From Pavona decussata (taxonomy: Eukaryota): a DNA stretch of 64,000 nucleotides. The number at the start of each line of letters is the position of its first letter. Positions within the stretch are counted from its first letter, which is position 1. The notes beneath the pieces were generated by a model that did not search any database, was not told the DNA's origin, and worked only from the letters and a program-made list of their open reading frames with translations. The stretch covers positions 2,170,001 through 2,234,000 of the forward strand of contig CDRNST010000049.1 of NCBI GenBank assembly GCA_977016875.1, read 5' to 3'. This document shows positions 1 to 12,793 of this stretch, piece by piece. Made by a program: the position numbers and the translations under genes.

Positions 1-2723
1 GGTTGCCGCCAACATTGGAAAGTAAGGATAGTGGGATAAATTTCCATGGTCTTTTATCATTAGCGCACAAGCGCTTTACCCAGACTATCTTTAACGCTTT
101 ATCAAATAACGTAAAATCTAACATATTAAGTCCTCCCTCCTTCTTATTTTTGATTATAGTCGTTTTTTTTAGTTTTGGATTCTTGTACTTCCATATGTAA
201 TCGAATATTATGTTATTAACTTCATCGGTAAACCCTTTTGGAGTGTCTAAAACGCTGCAGATAAAAGTTAGTTTGGATATTGCCAACGTTTTGACTATAT
301 TTACTCTTCCATATATAGAAATGTCTCGAGACAACCAAATGTTCAGTGTCTTTTTAAGTTTAGGCAGCTTTTCAAAGAAGTTTTTTTTGTTGGCAAGTTC
401 TTCATCATATGACAGATATACACCCAAAACGTAGACCGGCTCATCACTTAATTTTAGATTTAGAATGGAATCCTTTCTCTGACGCAATGATCCCAGCCAA
501 AGTATTTCTGATTTAGATTGATTTATTCGAAGACCAGAACAGTTTTCAAATTGTTGCAGCAGATCAAAGAGCTTGTGAGCAGATTGAATATCTTTAACAA
601 AAACAGTTGTGTCATCGGCGTACTGGGTTATTTTTATAGATTTATTTGGATCAATTTGAATACCTTCTATTTCCTTTGAGCGTTTAATTGCATTGCTTAA
701 AATTTCTACACCAATAACAAACAAGATCCCTGAGAGTGGGCAACCCTGCCTGACACCTCTGCTTAGATTAAAATGTTTGGTGGCAAACCCATTGTTCAAA
801 ACACAACTTGATATGTTATTATACAAGACTGTGATCCATTGTCGTAATTGAGGACCAAAGTTAAAAACTTCAAGGCATTTTTGAAGGTAGCACCATTCAA
901 TAGAATCGAAAGCTTTTTCAAAATCAAGAAAGACCGCTATGCCTGGAATGTTTTTCTTTTTCGTAAAGGACATCATGTCTGTTATGATTCTGATGCTCTC
1001 ACCTATATATCTTCCCTTTACGTATCCCGTTTGATTCGGGCTAATGATCGTGGGTAACACTTTTTCCAGGCGTAAAGCTAAAGCCTTTGTGACAATTTTG
1101 TAATCGTTGTTCAATAAAGAGATTGGTCTCCAATTTTTGAGATATTTTTTGTCTTTGTCTTTCTTTGGTATTAACGATATAATACCGCGTTTTTGTGAGA
1201 TTGACATGTCACCATTTTCAAAAGCATAGTTAAAGCTATCAACCATGATTTGACCAATGTCATTCCAGAAGTACCGGTAAAATTCTATAGTAAAGCCGTC
1301 GGACCCAGGTGTTTTATTGTTCTTAAATTGTTTCGGCGAACTGGTACATTCCGCAAGGGAGTAGCATCCCTTCGCAGGTGTCCGCTTCCTCCTGTTTGAG
1401 AGTATTCAGGCCGTCAAAAAGGTGCTTGAGATTGTCAGATTCCGGACAGACATTTTTAGTTTGATAAATTTCTTTGAAAAAACGTTCCTCCTCTTCTAAA
1501 ATTTGTTTAGGCTCATGAACTATGTTACCGTCTTCTTTTGTTAACGAGGTTATGTGTTTCTTCTTGTGGTTTATTTTTTCCAGGTTGTAGAAATATTTAT
1601 TGTTCTTTTCACCGAACTCGTACCATTGTGCTTTACTACGTGTCATCGCTCCTCGTGTTTTTCTAGAGGCAATTTTTGCTAGTTCTTTTTTGACTCGATC
1701 CATTTCAGCTTTCGTTGCTTCGCTAAATTTTGATCTTATCTTTTCCTGTAATTGGTTGAATCTCCTAAGCAAATCTTTTTCTTCATTTCGTTTTTGTTTA
1801 GCTTTATTTTTAGCGAAAACTATTGTTGATGCTCTGATTTCCATTTTGATCATTTCCCAAAATAAGCCTTTGTCACTGAGGCTGCAATATTTGGAGATGA
1901 ACTTTGGTAATTGTTTTGCTATCATCTCCGTATAACACTTATCGGTTAATAATGAATTATTAAATTTCCAGAAACCGGGGCCACGCTCTGTTTCATTACT
2001 TTCTAGGGACATTGACAGAGTTATAGCAGAGTGATCGGAAAAAATATTTGGCACAATTTTAGCGTTTTGGATTGCTGATTCCATACTTTTTGATATAAAA
2101 AGGTAATCTAATCTACAATATATCTTCATGGATGAATTATTCCACGTGAATGCTTGTTCATTTGGATGTTTGCAGCTCCAGGTGTCTATAAGATTGTGAG
2201 TTCTCATTAGAGTTTTTATTTCTTGAATAACTGTCTTCTTTTGTTCGAAAGAACGCCCTCCGCGTTTGTCAATTTCATTCATAACACAATTTAGGTCTCC
2301 CCCTAGGACCATTCTTTCTCCGGCATATTTGTTTAAAACGGAATTCGATAACTCTCTAAGGAATTGCACCTGTTGAGTTTGGTCATTTGGGGCGTAAATA
2401 TTCACAAAAACAAATTTATCGCCTTCTACCAATGCTTCAAAAAGGATATATCTACCATTCTTATCGTAAATAATTTGTTCGATGTTTACATCAAGTTTTG
2501 GCTTGAATAAGATCATTACTCCTCGACTGTGATTAGTGCCATGGCTTCCAACCATTTTACCACCCCATTCTGCTTCCCACGATTTTAAATTTTGCGCAGA
2601 AGAATATGTTTCTTGTAAAAACACTACATCCGGTTTTTGTTGATGCAGCCATCGGAATATTTGACGTCGCTTTATCGTCTTGTTTAACCCTCTAACATTC
2701 AGAGATAAAACATTGAAGACCAT
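1..2723 (-). pseudogene. L1/Tx1 ORF2 (APE endonuclease + reverse transcriptase) with one frameshift near 1360
   Basis: Endonuclease motifs SLNVRGL, LQET, NIYAPN, GGDLN, RLDY, SDH and WKFNNSLL in ORF 1323-2723. After a 1-nt shift the frame continues KNNKTPGSDG...GVRQGCPLSG (about 730-757) and QYADDTT (about 605-625). Confidence 0.9.
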
Positions 2724-2972
2724 ACGTACATGAAAAGTGAAATGAAACGCAGTTTCCAGTCACAGATTTCATTGCGGACAATTGGAGCGATGAGCATGTG
2801 AATTTAGAGCTAGCGAGAGACAGTTTAGGGCGATAAAACAACAAACTAATGCAAACTAATACAACATACAACACGAAACATAAATACCTGCAGCAATTAG
2901 GGCGAATTCTCCTGTCTGAGATTCACGTAAGCCTTCCTACTGCTCTACAGAGGCACTAAATGATTAACCAAA

Positions 2973-3878
2973 TTAATTATTGTCCATGATTCGACCGTAA
3001 AGAGTAAAGTTTTTTGTTTCGGGTCCTCGGTAAACAGATTTGTCAATAATTAGCTTTTCGACGTTGAAGAAAGCCGTTTTGTGATCTCTCTTTGCCTTTT
3101 TCAGCACCGGGTAAAGCTCCTTTCTTATTTCATCTACTTCTTTCGGGAAGTCATCAGCCACACCAAACTTTTTTCCTCTTGGTAGGTGCTTGATGTGTGA
3201 TTTGATTTGTTGCTTATCTTTGAAGAAAGATACCTTGGCAATTATCGGTCTTGGGTGCTGATTTGGTTTTTCTTCGCGTGCCCGAGTTGGAATTCTGTGG
3301 ACTCTCTCGAATTCAATTTCATCAAGGTGCTTCTTTGAGAATTTCATTTCTTTGTCAAGAAAGTTTCTCAGAACTGCCTCTGTGTCTTCTGGGGATTCCT
3401 GCTCATTGTCGCTGATGCCGAAGAATTTGATGTTATTTCTTCTGTTGAAGCATTCTTGTTTGACAACCCTGCGCTCTAGCTCTTCTAGTTTGACTATCCT
3501 GGCGGTTGTTGCTTTTAGCGTTGCCGCGGTCACGCTGGCTTGCTCCTTCAAACCTTCAACTTCTGCTTGTGTTAACTCCAGACTCTCCTTAAGCTCTTCG
3601 TTTTCCTTTTCGAGCGTTGCTACTTGGATCTTCAGGTTTTGTATTTCAGGTAGCACAGATATCAACTTATCGAGCTTGCATTGTATGTCGTTCAGCTTCG
3701 TGTTGCACATCGCGCAGCCATGCTCGTGTTGCTCGCCATCACTAAGGGCTTCGTCATCAGTCTGAGATCCTCGTTCTCGCATTCTTTTCTTTCTTCGGGA
3801 TTCACTTTTCCTTGCAGGATACTTGTTCGATTTATCAGCCTCTTCATGGTTTATTTCGTTATCCGCCTCTGTAGGCAT
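2973..3878 (-). CDS. L1/Tx1 ORF1p (coiled coil + RRM/CTD nucleic-acid chaperone), 301 aa
   Basis: Heptad-rich coiled coil followed by L1 ORF1 motifs RRNNIKFFGI, FERVHR, PRPIIAK and DDFPKEV..RK.L. Confidence 0.9.
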   Translation of the reverse strand: MPTEADNEINHEEADKSNKYPARKSESRRKKRMRERGSQTDDEALSDGEQHEHGCAMCNTKLNDIQCKLDKLISVLPEIQNLKIQVATLEKENEELKESLELTQAEVEGLKEQASVTAATLKATTARIVKLEELERRVVKQECFNRRNNIKFFGISDNEQESPEDTEAVLRNFLDKEMKFSKKHLDEIEFERVHRIPTRAREEKPNQHPRPIIAKVSFFKDKQQIKSHIKHLPRGKKFGVADDFPKEVDEIRKELYPVLKKAKRDHKTAFFNVEKLIIDKSVYRGPETKNFTLYGRIMDNN

Positions 3879-4504
3879 CCTGGTTTTTATCGAGAAGAAG
3901 ACGGAGCTTCAGAAAACACGTCCGCCATCTTTCGCGCCCAGGCCCAGTCCCTTGAATTGTGTTGTAGATAAGCATGCCCATTCCTGCACGAGTGATGGAT
4001 TAGAGAATTAACTCTGCAGTTAATTTTTGGGCCATTCACGTTTGTATTTTCCGCAATTACTACCATAATCATCCATTTGTTCAATTTGAAATTATTTCGT
4101 TGTGAAGTTGACTTCAACTTTAGTGCTCGGCCCCACTAGCACTTGTGCAATAAAGACTGTAATAAAGGNNNNNNNNNNNNNNNNNNNNNNNNNNNNNNNN
4201 NNNNNNNNNNNNNNNNNNNNNNNNNNNNNNNNNNNNNNNNNNNNNNNNNNNNNNNNNNNNNNNNNNNNNNNNNNNNNNNNNNNNNNNNNNNNNNNNNNNN
4301 NNNNNNNNNNNNNNNNNNNNNNNNNNGTCATGTCCTTACCTTTCTCATGATAATCATAAAATCGCTTGTAAAATGTGCATTTTACATGGGAAGTCCCTAA
4401 TTTTTTCACAAAGCAAACTTCTGGTGCTAATGTTATCTGTGTTAAAAGAAGAGCAATGTAGCCTTAACTGCCACCGAGAAATGACGTATTGAAATTTCCA
4501 AAAG

Positions 4505-7500
4505 GTAAGGAAATGACGAAAATTGGGGAATCTAGGAAGAAAAATTGCTAGAACTTTGCAAATTTGCCTAACAGATGATAAAGTCATTCCCCACAGCTTC
4601 ATTTGTATTCCCCACGTTATCATCCATGTTTCAGAAAAGCGACCTTTTGACGAAAAAAAAATCTAGTGCAAGTATAATGTCTAGTACAGGTTTCAAAGTC
4701 AACCTCAAGACGGAATTGCCATTTTTGAGTTAAATGTCTCTAGAAGGGCTAAAAATAGATGATAATGCCTGGTCTTTTGTGACATAACAGCTATCAATGT
4801 ATGCTACATTTCGTGAGGTTATCATGTAAATGGCACGAGTATTATAGTAGTAATGAAAGTTTTAAGACGAAATGTTCAATAGGTAAGGAAATGACAATTT
4901 CTAGAATATCGTTTTCTTCTTCAAAATGAACCGCAGATTGGATGATAAACAAGTCCCGCTTGTTTTGTAGAAAGGTTAGGACGAATGAAAGTGCCAGCTA
5001 AGAAATAAGCACTTTCGAACGTTTTACAAATTTTTGACAAATTTTTTCTTGTTTTTAAAGGTAAGGAAATGACAATTTTAGTCTAAATTCAAGGAACTTT
5101 ACATTCGTGTATCTTTTTTGAATTGAGCACTCAACTACTCGGACCTACCTATAAATGTAAGACTTGTTCTTGCCTATTAATACTACATTCGTTGACACTT
5201 AAGACTTAATTGCCTTTAGTGCAGTCCTCTGGCATTGCAAAGCACTATAGGTGTTCAATTTTCAACCAAAAATAACTCACAAGTACAAATCCCTCCACCA
5301 TGCTGGATTTAAATCATATAAATTCACCATAGTAGATGCCCGAAAGCCAGACATACGCAACTAAAGGCCATGCAAAGAAATCGAGCATTTGTCACAAACG
5401 AATGGCTTCGCAACGAGGGAAAGGTAATTGTGTTTTCTGTAAAAATTGTAAGGAAATGACAATTACTGTGTTGGTTGATATCTTTGTCCTGTGAAAGAGA
5501 ACTTTGAGTTGACATCCATAATAAGTATTCACGGAAGGAGACGCAAGCTTTGCCTCAATGTCGTGGCTTCTTTTTAATTTCTGATCTTTTTACAAAGGAA
5601 ATTGGTCTCAATTTAGGTAAGGAAATGACAGTTTTCAGAATATCACGGGCAGGAAGATTTTCCTTTTATTGAAAAGTCCTGTTTTTTTATGTTTAATGGA
5701 ATGATGTAAACGTAATTACTATGCTCCTCTGAAAAAAATCCTTCCAAGCAAATGCGGGGCTAGAATTTTGTAAAAATTGTGAATATTTGGTTACCATGGC
5801 AACGTCAAATGTCAAGGTCATTCACCGACCATACTAATTTGTTCCCAGGCAAGTTTTAAAAAGAGTTACTGAGTTTGGTGGTGTTTGCTTATATATTAAA
5901 AGTTAAAATGGTTATAAAGGTTCAAAGTCAAAGCGGGCAGAATCCCCCTTCTCCCCTCGGTCTAGAAAGGGTTAACAGGTGCCTAGAATAGAAACCACAG
6001 TAGGATGCTAGTTTTGAGTACTGGCGCTCGCCCCTATGTGTTTTAGTAAAAATGCCTTTTAATCAGAACAATGGTGTACACATAACACAAACATAAAAAA
6101 ATCCCGTTGACTTAAAGATGGAGACATGAAATCTAAATGAAACTGACATCTATTCAACGGGTAAGAATACATTTGCAGGAAAAAAACCTTTTTTATACCA
6201 CAAAGTTCAAACTTCACAGAAATGATCAAAGCTCAAAGTTGGCTAATTTTTGACCAAAAACCCCTGAACCTACCCCTTAGAAAAAAGTCAATTTTTGGAT
6301 TCAATACGAATGTTCCCTTTGGACGCAAGAAAAATATTCTATTAAAAGCTTCCAATGGAATCAGTGTGTCTGAAAACGTCCCCTGAGAATGTTTTAGGCC
6401 TCCCAAGGGACCAGCGACAAAAAAGTGGCCCATTCTCCGTCAGTTTGTTATCTTCTTGCTCGTCTTGGTCTTCGATTGGATTCTTACATTCCTTGACCCA
6501 CTTCGAAAAGCTCTCCAAGGAACGGAAGTAGAGCCTGATGGTGGTTCCTTTGAGGGTTTTTTTTTTCTTAGTCTTGGTCTGGCTCATTTGTCCCGAATGT
6601 CAAAGGACTTGTCCCGCGCTAGACAATCCAAACCTGTTCCATGTGAGTCCAACTCTTGGAGTATAATATGGACGTGCCTCGTGTTGTTAAGTGCTTGTGC
6701 GACAGGTGTGTCCTCACCCGCAATATGACGCTGGAACTTATAGAATTCGAACTGGCCAAGGGATTTCTCTCGAAGACTGTGGTGCATTTCAGCTTGTTGG
6801 TAATAACTAGCCCTCCCATTTAGCGTCGCTTTTTCGGCTTGTTACTACTTCTTCAACGCCCTCAGAATCTGACCTGAATGTTGACATGTCGTCTACGTCT
6901 TTTTGACCCTTTTCGAAAAACGCTTCCTGAGCAGGGTCGTATTCAGGGTCGTCTTCGGAACTCTTTGACTCAGATTCCTAATTCTCAGAACAGCTGGTAG
7001 ATTCTGTTTCCGTACCAAAATTGCTGTCTTTGTCGCTCTTTTTGTTTCTTTTCTTTGGTGAGCGCAGTGACAGTTTGCAACCTCTCTGCCCTTCTCTTTT
7101 TACCAAATTTATTATTATCAGTTTCAATAAAACAAAACCCTTCCCTGAGAACTGGGGTATAGAAACTTATGTGTCCAATCTTGCAAGGTTTTCAACTGCC
7201 CGAGTGTTCGGTTCCAACTGCGACAGTGCCAATATGCAATGCCCACAGTAGCGTGCTTGCATTACGTTTTATTGGCTCATCTTGGCTTTACTAAATTATT
7301 TCATTCTTTTGGAGGACAAGTAAGTATTAACCTCAGATTGCCCTTTATAACAATTATTTGAATGCGTAGAAAAAGCCATTTAACTATCATGATCGTATAC
7401 CGGAGTAGTTTTAACTTAAATTTGTTGATTTCATTTAAGCACAGCTTTGCAATTATTATTTAGTTGTATTGTGTAAAATATAATCACATCCAACGTATTT

Positions 7501-8026
7501 TACTACAGTATTAGTCTGTATTTATTGCCAGGGCCTATAATGATATCAGTTCTTACTTTTGCCAAAAAATGAACGAAAAAACCTATTGTAAATAAAGGCA
7601 TCTAACTGGATGAAGGCTGACCAATCGCTGATTTGAGACGGGCCATAATTTTAACAAAAAGCACTGAATGAACAAAATTTTAGTCATAAATTACTGCAAA
7701 CAGGTAAGTCGTCGAAAGTAGTGTCTTTGTTAATGATTCCCCATAAAGAAAAGAAAATGTTCCTGTAAGAAAATGACAATGTAAGGAAAATGCAATTTGT
7801 GGTAGGGACATTACATTGTCATTTCCTTAGTTGTAAGGAAATGACAAAATTGAGGTAAGGAAATGACACTTTTTTGTAAGGAAATGACATTGTCATTTCC
7901 TTACTGTAAGGAAATGACAATTTTTTTGTAAGGAAATGACATTGTCATTTTCTTACTGTAAGGAAATGACACATTTTTTGTAAGGAAATGACAAAAAGTA
8001 AGGAAATGACAGTAAGGAAATGACGG
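4505..8026. repeat. Element with many GTAAGGAAATGAC copies (dispersed at 4505, 4883, 5061, 5448, 5617; dense two-orientation array at about 7765-8025); probable degenerate DNA transposon
   Basis: The 13-bp motif is directly visible. The array includes inverted pairs TTGTCATTTCCTTAC-T-GTAAGGAAATGACAA. The left end probably lies in the N gap. Confidence 0.6.
6342..7060 (-). pseudogene. Disrupted coding fragment of unknown, probably transposon-derived protein
   Basis: Adjacent frameshifted ORF pieces read as one protein: FYKFQRHIAG...HVHIILQELD...DIRDK / KKTLKGTTIRLYFRSLESFSKWV, preceded by an acidic Ser/Asp/Glu tract. Confidence 0.35.
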
Positions 8027-8033
8027 AGGAACA

Positions 8034-8068
8034 TCATCATTATCATTATCATTATCATTATCATTATC

Positions 8069-8115
<47 letters not shown>

Positions 8116-8120
8116 TATTA
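8034..8120. repeat. (ATCATT)n/(ATT)n microsatellite
   Basis: Directly visible. Confidence 0.95.
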
Positions 8121-8135
8121 CCTTGCTACTGCCTA

Positions 8136-8310
8136 GGCTTTGTAGCTCAGTCGATAGAGGAACGGTTGATTAAACGTGGAAGTCATTGGTGCGATTCCCG
8201 CACTTTCCGTCGTGTGGTCTCTCATTTTTTTCCTGGGGCAAACCCTCAGAGGGAAATTCATGGGTTCACTTTAGCACTTTAACATACACTGCAGAGTTAA
8301 TTACTGATCC
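8136..8310 (+). mobile_element. tRNA-derived SINE (degenerate)
   Basis: A-box-like TAGCTCAGTCGATAGAG and degenerate B-box GGTGCGATTCCC. The body segment ACTGCAGAGTTAATT also occurs inverted at about 3997-4020. Confidence 0.6.
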
Positions 8311-8849
8311 ATTCTCATTTTAATCATTGTCGATTATTGAATTATAGTGGGACACTTAATCACGAAACTTTCAGGATTTACACTATTTAATCTAGACAAC
8401 TTGCAGGCGAAATTAGAAAAAAAAATATGTAAGACCGTTTTCAAGTAAATAATGAATCAATTTTTACGGGCTGATTTCGTTTATTCCCGCATTTTTCACC
8501 CATATCTCTGGCAAAATAAAAGTTTACACTTTCTCTTCTCTGTTAAAAGTCTTTCCTCAAAGCGAAATATTCTAAATGTATATTGAGCTCCATGGTTGGC
8601 TCTGATTTTAAGATAATTTTATTTGAAAAATAAAGCCCTGATCTGCGAAAAAGTTCCTTCTCTGCATAAATCGAGAAATCTTAAAAATGTTCCTACAGAT
8701 TTTCCTGTTAAATTCAGTTGCAAATGGTTACAATAAGAATCTTTTCGATATTCATAAAAGTTTTATGTTCAACAACCAAAATCGGTGTTGGATAAGAAGG
8801 CTGAATTTTGCTCAAGTTTCAGTCGTTTTTTGCTTTCTCCCGATCCGAG

Positions 8850-10625
8850 TTTATTTTGTTTGTCTGGGTCTATTTCTCTGACATTCCCCGGCCGTACTTT
8901 GAATATTTATAATTACGTGAAGCCGTGCAAAGCGTAAAATTTTACATAAATGTACGCAAAATCAGAAATTGTAACAGCCATTCAAACAGCCGTGTCACAG
9001 AAATCGAGATACTGTAAATGCTCGAATTAGCGCCGCGCCGCCCATCTCTCGACCCAGCATTTACGGTATTGAGGAAAGAAGATTGGTAAAACGAGCGGCC
9101 AAAGTTTCAAATCTACACGGAGAAAGGAATTATTAGGATTTGTATGGGAATACAACGGATTTGTGTAAAATGGTAGAAAATAACAGTGTTTTGTCAACAA
9201 AGTCAACCTACCCTGTTTCTTCTTGTATTCTTTGTCATTTACCAGCTTTTCAAGCCGATTCGGAGCGATTTCGGTTAGTTAGCGTCATTCGGGTTTCCAC
9301 TGTTAAGTGTAACGAAAGGCCGAACTCTATTTCAGCCATGCCCGACGCGTGAAACGGAATAAATCCGTTGAAATCTTCTCTGGTGTCCCAATTCCTTCAT
9401 AGAATCAAAGTAGAGATGAATACCTATCCTTCCAGCGCATTTCCGACTCGATTGAAGTCGTATCACGTTTGCTAGAAAGATTTTCTTTCAAGTCGGATCG
9501 CTTCTGAAATTTCGAAAGACCCACGGCTAGAACGTCATGGACACATTGAACGTTCGAACAGCACGCTGGGTAACAAAAGTTCCCTGGCACGGGGGGAACA
9601 GCGGCCAGTTGTCTACAGGCAAACAGATTTGTTCGCGGGGTCTCCTCGTGTCCTTTTTGTGAAGACCGTCAAGGGACCATTGTTTCCATCGACAAATCAA
9701 AATTACTACCGGACGTGTTTCCCAAATCAGTTTAAAGGGCGCGATCTATTCAACCTAAACTTCCGGTAAAGAATCAAATATATCGATAACCTGTTGTCCT
9801 TTTTCCCGGAAATTTGAAAATTCCGGTAATTTTCTGTTCCATTGGTCATACCATTTCGCCAGATGCTCAGCCCAAGTTTCTTACGGGGTTTTAAAATTAC
9901 ACTCGCGTTTTCTGAATAAATTTGCGATAATTTCTACTCATTTAGTTTGCGTAATGTGGCCGAACTATGCAACAGTGGAAACCCGAACGACGCTAACTCA
10001 CCGAAATCGCTCCGAATCGGCTTGAAAAGCTGGTAAATGACAAAGAATACAAGAAAAAACAGGGTAAGTTGACTTTATTGACAAAACACTGTTATTTTCT
10101 ACCATTTTACACAAGTCCGTTGTATTCCCATACAAATCCTTATAATTCAACGGTTCTCTGATATTGAGCTTGGGCTGCCTGTGTGTCAATGAGATGAAAT
10201 TGAGAGCGAAACGTTTGCCCTAATAAAAGACTTGAGAAGCAGGAGCATATATTTATTTCAAAAACTCATCAATAATTCATAAGCTCATTGACTTATCAAA
10301 TAGTCGATAAAACATCACAGGCAGTGGTTTTAAAGCCAGATAAAATCTCCTCCTTATTAGTATGCGGTGTTTAATGTTTTTCTCGTATGCTAATTCCAAC
10401 GTTCAACGTTCAACGTTCGTTATGAACTCTCTTGACACACGCTTTTCCAGGAATGTTTGTGAGGCCGTTCAAAAAACTCGCAGCACGTGTCCCGATAAAA
10501 CAGTGCTGCTCGTGTTTTAAACATTACGTAAATTTTACGTTTTGCATGACCTCATGTAATCATAAATATTCAAAGGACATGACTGAAGAGTAGTGAAATA
10601 GACCTGGACAAACAAAACAAAACTC
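8850..10625. repeat. Large imperfect inverted-repeat (foldback-like) element
   Basis: 9135-9304 is a near-perfect reverse complement of 9971-10140. 8850-8945 matches 10528-10625 in reverse at lower identity. Confidence 0.75.
10256..10522. repeat. Dispersed repeat; a second, inverted copy lies at about 27938-28235
   Basis: TTCAAAAACTCATCAATAATTCATAAG...CACCGCATACTAATAAGGAG segments match 27938-28235 in reverse complement. Confidence 0.75.
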
Positions 10626-12010
10626 TTTCAATTCCATTATCCCTGTTGATGTTGTCATGGCGAAGTCTTATGGGAACAGCCTCTTTAACCCTACTGGTGT
10701 ACCAATGTTTTCTTTATTCCTATTGGTTTATGAGAAAACCCGTTCTAAAGTTGGACAATGGAAAATTTTTGTAGTCGCATTAGGAGTTATCACGTCACGT
10801 AAAAAATATTTTGAATTTCGTAAAAGCCCGACACCCTTTGACGCATTAACATCTGATGAGCATTTTGGCCAAATTTTGTTGAAATCCAGCAAATCTACCT
10901 ACGGTTTTAATTCATTTGAAGGCGCAGAATTCGCGTAAAAACAAAAGCCGTGTTTTCGGCTTTGAAACATTTTCAGAGTTTTCGCACGTCATTAAAATTC
11001 TTGTCAACACACTCATGGGGCCGGCCAATCAAACACAAAGCAGCATTCCCTGCGGAGTTCTATTACAAAAGAATAATTTAAATTCGCGCGAAAGCATTCA
11101 GCGTTACTGTAATCGTAAAGCGATATCGTAATGGGTAAAGTTAAGTCTGGTGCAAGGACGCCACCGGCTAAATCATTACATCCATCATTTCTGCGAGCTG
11201 AAGTTCGCTGCTAATTTTTGAGCAGGTCAACAACAGCGAAAGTGGCTGGATCGTCGCCGGCATCTCCGAATTCGGACTCCGAAGGAGAAGCGCTGGTGTT
11301 GGAATCTCCACTACGTATCTGGTAGTTCGTCAGCTGCCGAGGCAGTTATTTTCATTCTACTCGCCCCGATATCTTTTTACCACAAACCTTTACCGCCCGC
11401 TGCCAGCTGAAATTTTTTGTTTTCGTTCTTAATTTTCACCCAAGACGACTTTTTTTGCTTCACTCTCTAAATCCAAAATGGAACGCTGTCTCCCTGTAAA
11501 ATTCAGCATAAAACGTCGTGACATGCGGTGAATACGATGTAAACAAAATATGCAAATTTACCGGTAATTCGAGGTCGCGGGTAAACTTTGCCCCGTAAAA
11601 TGTTAACAAAGCAACCTCACTATGGCCAACCGTACTCACTCGTTCACCGCTATTCCAACAAAACTTTTTTCCGCCTAGCTCGTGCCCTTTTCAAGATTTC
11701 GAACTACCGTTTTCATTAAACCCTGCATCCCTTTCTTGCTTCAACAATTACTTTAAAAAGTTTTTTTTAGAGAAAAATTTGACCTTTCTACCCAATCAGT
11801 AACCTTAAACGGTTTGCAATTGTGTTACATGCAGATCGAAGACATTTCCGTTTTGTTATTATGTTTTGAAGTAGCTTAACGCAAGCTGATACTCCTTTCA
11901 TGCTCTTGCATTTTGGTGGGGTTTTTTTTGTTTTTGTTGTTTTGCTCCACTAAATTTCACACACTGTTTTGGTTCATCAAAATTAATTTAAAGTACATTT
12001 CAGAGTTCTT

Positions 12011-12683
12011 AGGTGTTTACCATTTTGCCAAAAAGTCCGGAAATTTCTGTTTGAAGTCAAACGGTAAAGCAATTTTCCAGAAATTTCTTTCGGAAATTGT
12101 GGAGGTACTCCTCTTTTTCCATTCGGAATGGAAAGGCGGAAAATTCCTTACCATTTGAACAAATCTCCGTTCCCAGGTATTAGGGAGCTTAGCAACAACG
12201 ACGGAGATGGCAACCGTTGCGAAAACGCCGCAAAGCAATTGGCTTAATGAGCAAAAACAATCGCTTTGCACGTGCGTTTTACATTTTGGTACATTTCTTT
12301 GTCGTCCTCTGCAAAAAAACAACATGAAATGACCACATTTAAGGTTTTGTGAAGAACGTGAACGCACGGCACTGAATTTTTCATTTTCTTGCTCTCCTAC
12401 CAATTTGGTTCCTGGATAGTTCGCCATTTTTGTAAAAGTTGAGCGAGTTGAAATAATTGCCAAGTAGCACAAATGAAATGAAGATATATTTTCTGATGAC
12501 GTTTTCGTTGCCGTTGCCATCGTCGTTGCTTAAGCTCCCTCTTTTCCGGCTGGAGCGGGACGTAACGCCTGATAGATAAATGGTAAGCGAAATCTCATCC
12601 GGTTGGTCGGTCAATTCGGAAAATCCCTTACCATTATGCAACGGTTACATCAACCAGATTTTACCTACAAATGGTAAGCACCC
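12011..12683. mobile_element. MITE (TIR GGTGTTTACCATTT / AAATGGTAAGCACC) containing a nested second MITE
   Basis: Imperfect terminal inverted repeats at about 12012 and 12668. Confidence 0.55.
12182..12540. mobile_element. MITE with AGGGAGCTT(A)AGCAAC(G/A)ACGA TIRs
   Basis: AGGGAGCTTAGCAACAACGACGG at 12182 and CCATCGTCGTTGCTTAAGCTCCCT ending at 12540. Confidence 0.75.
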
Positions 12684-12793
12684 CCTTGTGTTCTTTTTTC
12701 CTTAAAAACTCCAGTATGAGCTGTTTTCTTTACTGTTTTTGTTGCGTTTAGTTTCACATCACTGAAGTAATCATGGACTAATCAGAGAAAGCA

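Larger units (their letters stand above)
1..3950 (-). mobile_element. L1/Tx1-clade non-LTR retrotransposon (5'UTR, ORF1, ORF2; 3' part runs off the window)
   Basis: Two ORFs on the - strand: a coiled-coil/RRM ORF1 and an APE-RT ORF2. The short GC-rich 5'UTR begins GGGACTGGGCCTGGGCGCGAAAGATGGCGG and contains a YY1-like AAGATGGCG motif. Confidence 0.93.

Noticed and set aside
7765-8025. CRISPR-like array
   Set aside because: 13-bp units in both orientations with very short, non-unique spacers; no cas genes; eukaryotic context
12017-12641. 167-aa and 86-aa reverse-strand ORFs
   Set aside because: They span nested MITEs and are chance open frames
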